Assembly: GCA_012295275.1 (NCBI GenBank)
Contig: CM022675.1
Span: 7,316,001 to 7,380,000, forward strand
Direction: 5' to 3'
Source: Chrysomallon squamiferum
Lineage: Eukaryota; Animalia; Mollusca
DNA length: 64,000 nucleotides
Shown: positions 43,311 to 55,028 of the stretch, in pieces
Numbering within the stretch: position 1 is the first letter of the stretch
Layout: every line of letters starts with the position of its first letter
Notes under the pieces: model-generated
Told to the model about the DNA's origin: nothing
Database searches by the model: none
Seen by the model: only the letters and a program-made list of their open reading frames with translations
Position numbers and translations under genes: made by a program

Positions 43311-46300
43311 TTTTCGTAAGGTTAAATTATTCTGGATCAAGGATTGACAACGAGTTTTAAAAGAAATGTTTTTTCAAAACGAATAAAAAGAGACCACATA
43401 TTTTAATGCACTTGGTTAAACATATTAAAATGGTTTGAGAACGAATATTGTGAGAGAAAAAAAAAATGAAAAGAAAAAGAAAAAAGAATCTAAAGAAATA
43501 TGAAAATATAGACTTGCTCTATTAAAGGGACAGAATATATATATATATATAATTATTACTAAATTGTGAACTGAAATTGCAAACTCGATATAAATTAACA
43601 AACACACATAAACATAAATACACAACTTCATGCCAAAGTATAAAACATAATACACTGATATACTATAATTAATTTAAACTGAGTATTATTTTATTTTCCA
43701 AATATAAAATTACAAATATACGTAAAATCGTCATATTATTATTTTACACATAACTTCATTTTAAAGAAAACTATCTCTGTATTCTAATTTTAAAATAAAA
43801 TATTTCATTGTTTCTATAAACTATCTCTATTACAAACATATGTAAAATAATCATATTATTTTACACGTAACTTTATTTTAAAATAAGCTATCTCTATTTA
43901 CCTGTATTACAAACATATATATATAAAAAGACTTTATTCTAATTTTAAAATAAAATATTCTATTTTATCTGTAAATTTTATTTATTTACCTGTATTAGAA
44001 AAATACATAAAAAACCTTTATTCTAATTTTAAAATAAAATATTTTATTTTTACCTTTAAATTATCTTTATTTACCTGTATTAGAAAAACATACAAATTCT
44101 TTAATCTAATTTCAAAAAAATATATTTTATTTTACCTGTAAACTATTTTTATATACCTGTATTAGAAATATACGTAATTATTTTTTCTAATTTATAAATA
44201 AAAAAGTTTTATTTACCTGTAAAGTATCTTGATTTACCTGTTTTAGAAAAAGACATAAAAACTTTAATCTAATTTTTAAATGAAGCCTGTAAAGTATCTC
44301 TATTTACCTGTATTAGAAATATACGTAATCTTTTTCTAATTTAAAAATAAAATATTTTATTTTACCTGTAAACTATCTCCATATACTTGTATTAGAAAAA
44401 AATCATAAAAACTTTATAAATAAAATGTTTATTTTACCTGTAAACTGTCTCTCTTTACCTGTATTTACCTTTATTTTTACAGGTAAATGGCCTGTATTTC
44501 GCAGTAACGAAGCCTTGCCTAGATACGATGACTCACACTTAATAGTGAACAGAGAACTAAATTCACAAGATGCACCCCGAAATCCACAACCAGGTGAGAA
44601 AAAAAAAGTATTATATACAACAAAGTATTAAATGTATTAAATGCTTTCTCACGATGGGGAGAGCGGAATAACAGCTCAAGTGTGACACACACACACATAC
44701 ATACATACATACATACATACATACTAACATACCTACATACCTACATACTAACATACATACATACATACATACATACATACTTACATACATACATACATAC
44801 ACACACATACTAACATACATACACACACATACATACATACATACATGCATACGTGCATGCATACATACTAACATATATACATACATACTAACATACATAT
44901 TAACACACATATATATATAAATATATACATACATGCATACATTCTAACATATATACATACATACTTTTTGGCATACGTACAATATTTACATACTAACATT
45001 TGTATACTAACATACATACTAACACACATACATACATACATACATACTAACATACATACATACTAACATACGTACATACTAACATACGTACATACTAACA
45101 TACGTACATACTAACATATATATATATAAGCCAAACACGCCCAAATGTCACATAGATATGTATACAAATCGCAAACACAACATTAACCGCTATGTACAAA
45201 AACACAGAAAAGCACCAATACACAGTTTAAAACCCATTTTCTTGTAAACGGAGAATATTTGATGCATAGTTTGTTTACAACAGTTACAATGTTACGACTA
45301 CTACTACTACCACTGCTACTACCAATACCACTACTACTAGTACAGTATCACTACTTCAGTTATTGCTGCTACCACAACTATCTCTGTGACGACTTCTGCA
45401 AGCATAACTATTACTACAACCCTCTCTCTCTCTCTACCACTACTACCACTCTCGCTTCTGCTACTACTACTACTACTGCAATAAATCTCTATTACTTCCA
45501 CTACTATTACTACTACTACTACTAAATCATTATTTCTCTACAACTACCACAACTACAATCACTATCTCTACTACTACTACTACTACTACTAGTACTACTA
45601 CCGCTGTGCACTATGACTACTGTGATCACTAATAATATTTGTTATTATCATCGTCATTATTATTATTATTATTATTATTTATTGTTATTCACTTTTTTTT
45701 CCAGCTGTCGTCCTCTCTCTGTTTCCCCTTTTTTATTTCTAACCCCATTAGTCCGGTTTTTGTCAGTTTCAAAAGTTTATTTTGTTAAGTGAATAATACA
45801 CAAGCACAGAAACTTACACTTTGGATATTTGACAGTAAATCGTAAATAACAAATGCATCTAAAATGATTTCAGAGAGAGCCTTTTTTGTAAAAACAAATT
45901 TTGTTTTCGTTCATTCATTATTCATTCATTCATTGATTCTTTCTTTCCTTATCTTGTTTATGCTAGTTACCTAACGTATCATCGAATCTAACACCTACTA
46001 TTTTTAATTCTCAGGAAAAGAAATTAAGCCCCTTTGACGTGGAGATGCAAGACAGAGTTGAAACGTTAAATTACTGGTGCGACAAAATTCGACCTCAGAA
46101 AGCACGTGCAATCGACCTCGATGTGTTCAAGCTGCAGCACATCCTTGTGGACGACAAGCACAAGATGCTGTACTGTCAGATACCGGAGATAGCTCACATG
46201 GACTGGCTGAAGATATTTATATTTCTCACAGGCAAGGTCAAGGTGAAAAACCACTTAGACATTTCGTCGACCGACGCTCACCTCAAGTACAGCAAATACG

Positions 46301-46908
46301 TGAAGAAACTGAGCGAGTACCCGATCAAAGAACGCCAGCGACGAATCAACGAGTATTACAAGTTCGTTTTCGTTCGGGAGCCCATCGAGCGCCTCGTTTC
46401 CGTGTACAAGAACAAATTTTTCGCCAAGTACAGCAAGTACTTCCACCACGCCTTCGGGATAAACATCATCAAGAGATACCGGAAGCACCCGTCGAAGAGC
46501 TCGCTGAAGAACGGAGATGACGTCACGTTTCCGGAGTTCATCCAGTTTCTGGTGGACTCCGACCACCAGACGGACAAACCGCTGAACGAACACTGGCAGC
46601 AGTTCTACAAGCTGTGCCACCCGTGCTTGATCCGCTACGATTTCGTGGGAAAGTTCGAGACGCTGCAAAGGGACATGGAGTTCGTGTTGAAGAAGACGTC
46701 GGCGTTCGGCCATCTGAAGCCGCCTCTCCTGTCGTACCAGGGCATCTATTCCCAGAATGCAATGCGCGAGATTTACAAGACCGTCTCGGCGACGAATCTG
46801 CGAAAACTTTGGAAAATGTATTATCCAGATTACAATTTGTTCAGTTACCATTACCCAGCGATTCTCGAAGAACTGTTAAAATTAGTGAAAGTGTTTGAAG
46901 ACTATTAA
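41834..46908 (+). CDS. Golgi type II carbohydrate sulfotransferase (Sulfotransfer_2 family, CHST11/chondroitin 4-O-sulfotransferase-like); 3 coding exons, spliced CDS 1 nt out of frame
   Basis: Exon 41834-41927 gives cytoplasmic tail + TM, 44483-44593 a stem, and 46015-46908 the catalytic domain with KFVFVREPIERLVSVYKNKF (3'-PB), VTFPEFIQFL and NEHW..LCHPCLIRYDFVGKFETL. Total 1099 nt = 366 codons + 1. Confidence 0.85.
43760..44475. repeat. About 80-bp degenerate tandem repeat rich in TTTACCTGTA, abutting the sulfotransferase exon 2 acceptor
   Basis: CCTGTATTAG-type units at about 43989, 44074, 44156 and 44307; about a dozen TTACCTGT cores. Confidence 0.8.
44483..44593 (+). CDS. Sulfotransferase coding exon 2: luminal stem (KWPVFRSNEALPRYDDSHLIVNRELNSQDAPRNPQP)
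   Basis: Acceptor tttacag ends 44482, donor gtgaga at 44594; only the phase-1 frame (matching exon 1) is open across the exon. Confidence 0.72.
44686..45125. repeat. (CATA)n compound microsatellite in a sulfotransferase intron
   Basis: Direct inspection. Confidence 0.9.
46015..46908 (+). CDS. Sulfotransferase catalytic-domain exon
   Basis: ORF 46039..46908 (289 aa) extends to acceptor ttctcag ending 46014; Sulfotransfer_2 motifs; GC-rich coding-like composition. Confidence 0.93.
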   Translation, partial: EKKLSPFDVEMQDRVETLNYWCDKIRPQKARAIDLDVFKLQHILVDDKHKMLYCQIPEIAHMDWLKIFIFLTGKVKVKNHLDISSTDAHLKYSKYVKKLSEYPIKERQRRINEYYKFVFVREPIERLVSVYKNKFFAKYSKYFHHAFGINIIKRYRKHPSKSSLKNGDDVTFPEFIQFLVDSDHQTDKPLNEHWQQFYKLCHPCLIRYDFVGKFETLQRDMEFVLKKTSAFGHLKPPLLSYQGIYSQNAMREIYKTVSATNLRKLWKMYYPDYNLFSYHYPAILEELLKLVKVFEDY

Positions 46909-47147
46909 TATAAATTTAAAAAAAAAAAAAACCTTAATAATAAATATTAAAAATATAATAATAAACAAGGTCGGACTTAGGTTATAATGAGATGCTAGGG
47001 GAAGCAGAAAAGACAAGCAATCTCATGTATTAACTGAGAACAGAAATTATGAGGAGTTCGTTCAGACATCAAAGCCAAAACCTGCTATGAACAGCAGACA
47101 AAAAAAGTTGCATAATAATCAAACTGATTTTCTGAATGGCCATTATC

Positions 47148-47184
<37 letters not shown>

Positions 47185-47355
47185 GAAGCCCTTATAACAA
47201 GTATTAATAGAAAACAGGCCAGTGCTAGAGACGAACTTGAAATCTCGCGAGACTTGAGCTTCGGAATCCCTGTTTTAACAAAGATTGTCTAAGTGTGTGA
47301 CTGCGTAACAAAAGGATTAAAAATCACCCTAAGCATTGTTGAGTAAGAACCAACG

Positions 47356-47461
47356 CTTTTCGATCGCTGAGGCCTTCGATTACTCAGATCCTTTGATCAC
47401 TGAGGGCCTTCGATCACCAAGGCCTTCATTTACTGCGATTCTTCGTTCACAGTGGCCTTGA
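47356..47461. repeat. 16-17 bp degenerate minisatellite (CTTCGATCACTGAGGC), about 7 copies, in the sulfotransferase 3' region
   Basis: Direct inspection. Confidence 0.7.
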
Positions 47462-47628
47462 ACTTTGAGAAACTGCGGAAGGCCTGTTTAAGAAGTTGAA
47501 ACAATAAAATTGTGACAGCTGATGGGAAATTTTTTTTACAGATTCTTCTGTAGTTTTTATTTTTTTAACTTTATCTAAATTCGTGGGTTGTAAGTTGTTA
47601 ATAATGCTATTACTAATTAAATTTTATG

Positions 47629-47691
<63 letters not shown>

Positions 47692-47853
47692 TATTATTAT
47701 TATTATTAATTAATTAATTTACTTGTTATTATTATTTATATGGTTAGTACTGTTGTTATTTTTATTATTAGTTTTTTTTTTTTTATTGCCGTTAATATTA
47801 TTAATTATTATTTAAATTTAATTTATTTTTTTTTTTATTTTTTTTTTTTTTTA

Positions 47854-47915
<62 letters not shown>

Positions 47916-50100
47916 TCTAAATTATTTTCTAAAGACTGCAATAAAAATACATTTGAAAAATGTTAAATTATTATAATTTGTGAACCTGGTGACCAAGAAA
48001 TGGTTTCTAAGGAAACTGATTATTTAAATACTGTACAAAGTGTATATATATATATATATATAGAAACTGATGTATGACATTCAGTTTCCATGGGCTTTCT
48101 GTATTTAAAATTGTACAAAATTTATGTATAAAAATACATATGAGGGGGATTAAAACTGAAAAATAAAAATATATTTTACGGTGAAAATATCTCTAGAGTG
48201 ATTATTTTAAAGAAGGTACGCGCATATGCACGTGTTTGAGTATTTGTATGTGTGTTTTGTTTGTTGTATATATACTTTACACGTGCATATATCATACAAG
48301 TGTGTTTGTTTTGTTTTTATTTTTGTTTTTTTATCTTTATATAAATTCAAATTATTTATGCAAATATTTGCTTAAATTATAAAACATAAATAATTAATAT
48401 TTAGGCGTCTTTATTAACGGGTTCTTGAAACACAAAACACATTTCGATTTGTTTACTTGTTTATCTACATAAAAAAATGAAATTCTGAAACAGTTATGTA
48501 CGTCTGTATCTGATATCGAAAAACAATTCGATCTGAACCTATTTTCAAAAACAAAACACATTCCGACAAATTCTGAAAAAAAAAATGTAATGGAATAATT
48601 TAAATATGTCGTCTGATTAACTGTAAATATTTATCAGCATTTTGAGTATTTAACTACAGTTTATCAGTACACAAATAATACACATTTATATAAATAAATA
48701 AACAAACAAACAAACAAACAAACAAATAAATTATAAAAATAATAATAATAAAAAATAACTAAAATAAATATATAAATAAATAAATATGATAGAAATAATA
48801 ATAAATTAAATAATAAAAAGTAATAAATAAAAAATAATTTAAAATGAATGAATAAACAAAAAAAATAATTTTCTTCTTCTTCTTCTTCTTCTTCTTCTTC
48901 AAAACAGTAATAGTATTATGAGATAGATAAATGATTTTCTTCTTCTTCTTCTTATTATTATAATAAAATAAACTGACAACAAAGACAGCAACAACAAAAA
49001 CACAAAAAAACATAAAAACCCATTTTTTTTAACAAAAATTAAATTAATAATATTAAAACTAGTCGATAATAAACAAACAAACAATCAAACAAACAAGCAA
49101 ACAAACAAATACATACAAATAAATAAATAAATAAATAAATAAATAGCGAATAAATAAATCAAACCAAAATGCTAGATGTCGTTTTCAGCGTAACTGTTTA
49201 GGCTACCAGTTAAAATGTAAACATGTTTACCTGGTTGAAAAACATCGTTCACATTTTCGACAATAAAAGGTTTATTCCATAGGATTAGCATTTGCTATAA
49301 TAACAAAAATGTAAGCGAATATTTTTTCCCCCTTCAAACAAACCAAATAACAAAACAAAATTCTAAAGAAGGGCGGAAAAACATAACGAAAGAAAGTAAA
49401 AAAAAGTATAAGTAAGTATGTAAGTTAACAAACAAATATATAAATAAATCAGTCAATAAATAAACAAATAAGCAAAAAAACAAACAAACAAACAAATAAA
49501 TAAAAGCGAACTATTTATTAAGTTTGTAATTCATACCAATACTACAAAACCCTTCCACTTATGTATCCATATACACTTATCGATATAACACAGGCGTTTA
49601 ATGGATTTTTTTTTTTTTTTTAAATGTAGTCGGGTTAACACAATTTTCATGAAAAAACAACAACATCAACAACAACAAAAGTAAATAAATAAATATATAA
49701 CAAAATAATAATAATAATAAAGAAGAAGAAGAAGAAAAAGAAAAAGTAATAAAATAAATAAATAAATAGCAACAACAATAAAATAAAAAAACACGTATTC
49801 ATAATTATACTTATTCTTACATACAAACTATTGGTTGTGTACTACATTAAAAAAAAAAAAAAAAATAAAAGAATAAAGAAAAAGCAGTCGCTCAGAAATA
49901 AATATGCTATATTTTCTTCTTCTTCTTTTTTAAAAACATCTTCATGGATGGGAAATGAGCTTTTAACTAACAGAGCTGTACTTGTTCATGAATTTTCAAC
50001 AAAATAATGGAAACATTAAAATGCTAATGGCGTAGGCATCAACGAAAACCAGTCGCAACGAAACCCCCTCCCGGCAAATTTAATTGGTCTTGTTCATGAG

Positions 50101-50139
<39 letters not shown>

Positions 50140-50773
50140 ACAACAAAAGAACGAACGAAAGAAAATAAAAGATGTCAAGTCTAACGTATAGTAAGTGGAC
50201 GAAGGAGACACTGACACTAGGTGGCGCGGTTTTGTTGTCGTCTGCATCAATTTTTTTTAGTGCAAAGGAATTAAGCGCGCGCAGCTCCGAACGTCATTGA
50301 ATAAATTATTAAAATGAGCTTATAAAATTATAAGCCATTTAGAGCCAATAAAGGGACGGCAGTGGCAATAAATACAACATGAGATTGGAATTCGGCGTGT
50401 GGGTGTAGTTATTTACATAAAGGGAAATTAGATACTTAAATAACAAAAGCATTCCTCATTTTAACATGCTTTTTCTCTCCATGTACTGAATAGAAATGCT
50501 AATCATACAGATCGAGAAACATTTATCATAAATTCCGAAGTCCGGAAAATTTCGAATAAAGAATTATTTATTTATTTATTTTTTTTCTAAACCATCGCTG
50601 CTATACATAATAAATAAAATGATTAACATATGGAAAATTTTATTTCAAATAATCCTTAAAGTGTGTTAAATTGTAATAGTCTTTTCTATTATAATTGTAT
50701 ATTATAATATGTTTTATTTACCTTTGTACTTACCATTTATAATCTATATCTACTGTACTAATTATGTTGTTCC

Positions 50774-50810
<37 letters not shown>

Positions 50811-52215
50811 AGAAAGTTTTGTTTTTAGAAAATCGTGTTTGCATATATTTAGGGCTCGTAAAAGGATTTCTTCTAAAATTATTTTTCAAAACTTATTATT
50901 AATTATTCATTTCCACGCTATCCAAAACAGTCACATAAAATGTCGGAAGTAACATAAATTGTCAGATCTATAAACTAAAATAATAAATAAATAAATAAAT
51001 AAATAAAATGATTAAAAAATATTTAACAATTAAAACATACAAAATTTAAAAAACAAAAAATGATTAAAAAATATCCAGTAAAGTTGCAATTCGTTCTTGA
51101 AGCAACCATATTTACCTCCCTTTAATGTAAAATTTAGAAAGTTATAACGCTGTAAAATAGAGATTGACCACAATTATGATTAGGGGGAAAAATTATTTTG
51201 TGTTGACGAACTAAAATGGCCATTGGCATTTTGATTAATCGCCATATTTTTATTTATTTATTTTTAATGTAAGAAGAAGAAGAAAGAAAGAAACGGGGGA
51301 AAAAACAAAACAACAAAACACTTTTTTTTTCTTTTTTCTTTTTCTATTTTTCTTTTCAAAAACATTGATCTGAACCAAGAGTGCACAACCCTCGGCCGTG
51401 GGAAGGATGTCACCTCGTCACATTTAACGTCTCATTTGAAATATAACGAGGCTGCGTTTCGGCTATAAATGCTCATGCACCATGAAATTCCTAACACTGT
51501 TACATGCCGTACACAACAAAGCGTCCAGTATTCATTTTTTACATGCGACGGTTTTAAAATTGTTATTTAATAAAAGTAATAAATAATATTTACGTTGACT
51601 TTAATGGGAGATCGTAGAGGGATGGAGTCATTTTTCGTGGAAACATGCAAACTCATCCATTATTTATATGCAGCATTTTAAGTTCAAAGAGGTTCATTCT
51701 TAGAATATTATGCAAAAGTACACACGTTACGCTTTCGGATGTTACGCAATCACAATGAAATACATGCGACCGTTGTGCCAGTGAAGTTAGAGCGCAACGA
51801 CCCGTAAGATCAGAAAGCTTGCGCAGCCCTGAACTAAACTGAAAGGTTATCATGATCGGAACGAGTAATCGCCCTTTTTATTTATTTATTTATTTATTTA
51901 TTTATATATTTTTTTTTTTTTTCAGCAATATGACCATAAATAAATAACAAATAAATAAATACATATATGCAAACTTGTACAAACGTTAACAAAAACATAT
52001 TTTAAATTAAATAAAAGTAAATGCAATAATAATAAAATTAATTTAAAAAAGATGTAAAATTAAAAAAAAATAATAATAAAATAAAATAAAAAGAGAAAAA
52101 GTTATGTTTAACAAGTTCTCTTTTATTTCGAAAATTTGCATACATGATTGCAAAGAAATTCTTAAAGAAATATTTTGTGGGGAAGAAGGCTCTGTTTGTA
52201 TATTAATATTATATT

Positions 52216-52286
<71 letters not shown>

Positions 52287-52682
52287 TTACTACTACGACT
52301 CTTGTATTTGTTCAAATGGATAATAATTATAAAGAAAGAGTTGTTTCTTATATGTGAATTAAATATATTCAGATTTTTAGTGAATTGTTTTTTTAATTTT
52401 TAAAAAGATCCTGATATATGACATCTAACATTAACCAATAGTAAAGTTAATAAATTGTTTAGTTGAACAATACGAAAATCCTCTTTTGAAGACATTGGTT
52501 CGTCTACTATCAAGAGAGGAATTTGAACAAAAACAAGTATCAGTCCCGCAGTTGTAAACTTCCGTTCGAGAAATTGCAAATCATTCGTATGCATGAATGT
52601 GCTTTATTTCTTTTGAACCTTTGTGAAAGAGCTGTTTTCGTTGTCACTTTCGCTCCTTCGAGATACGATTATTTAAAGTAAA

Positions 52683-52806
52683 ATGGTAAAAGTACAATCA
52701 CCAGATGAGGAAATGAAGGACATTTCACTTCCTCCGAGCGAGGGAGAAAAGAAAGAAGAAGAAATTCAAGAAGTGAAAAAAGATCCCGATCTCCTAACTC
52801 TAGAGG
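52683..52806 (+). CDS. PSMD3: PSMD3 exon 1 ([13 protein letters not shown]...[10 protein letters not shown])
   Basis: AAAATGG Kozak context; donor gtaaaa at 52807. Confidence 0.88.
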
Positions 52807-52825
52807 GTAAAAATGTATTAAAAGC

Positions 52826-52877
<52 letters not shown>

Positions 52878-54997
52878 CCACTAATAATGAATAAAATAAA
52901 ACTATCCGTTAACCTTTGTAGCAAATTGTCTAGACGTTCACTAGTCTATTGACTGTGTGACCAAATTTTCAAATCTATCATTTTCCTATAAAACTTACAT
53001 AATCATTATAAAGCAGATTAAAATGACACAAAGATATCTTCCTCGGCATTGATAGGAAAAAATATAACATACTGAGAACTGTTTTCATAATCAACATCTT
53101 TATTGGAAAGAAAATATTGTCTAAAACTGGAATATTATCATAATTATGCCTCATTGAAACATTGAACTTTTTTGACAGAGGCAGCCACAGCAATTACTGT
53201 GGCTGCATCATTTGCAGGCTGTAGCCCACATTTTGGTACCATAATTAAATACATGCTACCCAAATTAATTTTATGAAATTTGGCAGACTATGAGAGAAAT
53301 GCACAATTTGTCCAGAATAAGCTTACTTAATCACAAGACAGTCATTTTTACATTTTTTTTTTTACATTAAAACACAAAACTCTTAGGCATTTAATTTTTT
53401 CATAGCTGTTTCTTGTTTTTGTTGTTTCTGTTTTTGTTGTTTCTTGTTTTTGTTGTTTCTGTTTTTGACAGCTTTGTTGACGGCATTTCTGCTTTGCCAT
53501 TAAATAATGTCCAAACTCTTGCCACTCTGCTACCATCATAAATAAGTATGAAACACCAATCCACAAAATTACAAGCTTTACAAACAGCTTCATATCTATA
53601 AACAACACTTTTAACACACTTTAATAAAAAAAATTAAAAATAAAATAAAAAAAATTAAAATTGTATTGCACTATTGTAACTTGTGGTTCTGATGATAGAA
53701 ACATTTAATACTATTACAGCAACTTGAAAAATGGAATTTCACTCATGAAATAAACAGCATTTTGAAAACTAAATAGTCACTAGACAGGCAAAAAAAAAAA
53801 TGGTAGTCCAGCAAAATGCTGGTATCACAGTAGAGACATTGGTAACCAAAATAACTTGGACTGTGTGAAGGTTGAGCCAGATTCTGATCTAGCAAAATCT
53901 AAATGATTAGTAGTTTAATGTGTATGATATCCAGGTTGAAAATTTAGGTTTCCATCAATATGATTTGCTAGAAAATTTATGCTGTCCTGATGTTTGTTTA
54001 TTTTTTATAATATACCTGTGATAAGTAATAGAATACTTTATCAAATCACTTGAATTAAAATAAAAATGTGTAAGATAAGTTATCAAACATGGCAAAACTA
54101 GCAGAAATAAAAAAAAAAAGGGGAGAGCTTTTTTTTTAATTTATTAATAAGCAAGAAACTCTTCTGTAGATATCCTTTTATGTATCATTAGTATGATTAT
54201 TCAGAGGAACAAAATATAAGTATGATTTACATAATAAATAATTATAAAAATAAATAAATAATATTTTAATTTTATTTTTACTTTTTGTGATTTTTAAAAA
54301 TTGTAAGAGATATGTAGTTTACTTTTTTAACTGGATAAAATTTGTAGTATTTAAATACCACTCTTAACTTAATATTATTAAATTATAACTAATTATTTAC
54401 TATATAACTGTAATTATTTACTATACAACTGTAATTATTATATCTGCAGACATTCGAGAACATGTCCGCCATATTGAAAAAGCAGTGGCAACAAAAGAAC
54501 CACGATTCATGTCAAGAACTCTTCGAGGTCTCGTGACCATCAGAAGGAAACTGAGTGCCAAAATTCTTCGCAAACTGATCCAGGGCTATTTCACCTCTCA
54601 GTGTCAACAGAGCAAGGATGAGCTTTGTAGTTACCTGGTTTCTGTAAGTATTTTCTATAAAAATTATTTATATTTCAGTATGTTAGCTGTTTTATTTTGA
54701 TTAATAATTAGGAAGGTGGTTCATTTTCATCTTCTTTTTCAAACTGGTTTTATTATTTTTTTTAATTATATTAAATATATGTCTATAGATTTGTTATTTG
54801 AATTTTTATTTTTTATTCTTTTTGTTTTTTGTTTTTTTTTCCAGTATTTGTTGTGATTTCTGTGATACAGTCCTGTTATGAATTAATCATTTTCAAATTT
54901 TATTTAGTTCATCGTATGATTTAAGCTCTTGACCATTTTTCTCAGAATCACAATATATTTATATTCTCTTGGTAATTTAATAGGTTCATATTGTATG

Positions 54998-55028
<31 letters not shown>

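Noticed and set aside
44540-44548. TAA TAG TGA, three consecutive stops in an alternative frame of sulfotransferase exon 2
   Set aside because: By-product of the L-I-V-N codons; it only shows that exon 2 cannot be read throughout in the catalytic-domain frame.
45690-45835. Candidate hidden exon that could repair the sulfotransferase frame (acceptors ending 45704, 45751, 45766)
   Set aside because: Phase-1 readings hit stops (TAA or TGA) before any strong donor; only a weak 32-nt option (45752-45783, donor gttaag) or implausible 2-5 nt micro-exons remain. Not called, but RNA-seq should exclude them.
46066-46898. Overlapping alternative-frame and antisense ORFs in the sulfotransferase exon (e.g. 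46255..46851 -, 46077..46520 +)
   Set aside because: Shadow ORFs of a GC-rich coding exon; no independent evidence.
51360-51870. CpG-containing island upstream of PSMD3 considered as tRNA/ncRNA or a small ORF (51653..51853 -)
   Set aside because: No cloverleaf, A/B boxes or known RNA motif recognised, and the ORF has no recognisable similarity.
52400-52682. Nrf1/CncC-type ARE expected in a proteasome gene promoter
   Set aside because: No full TGA(C/G)nnnGC match found by eye; only an ETS-like ACTTCCG at 52558, too short to call.
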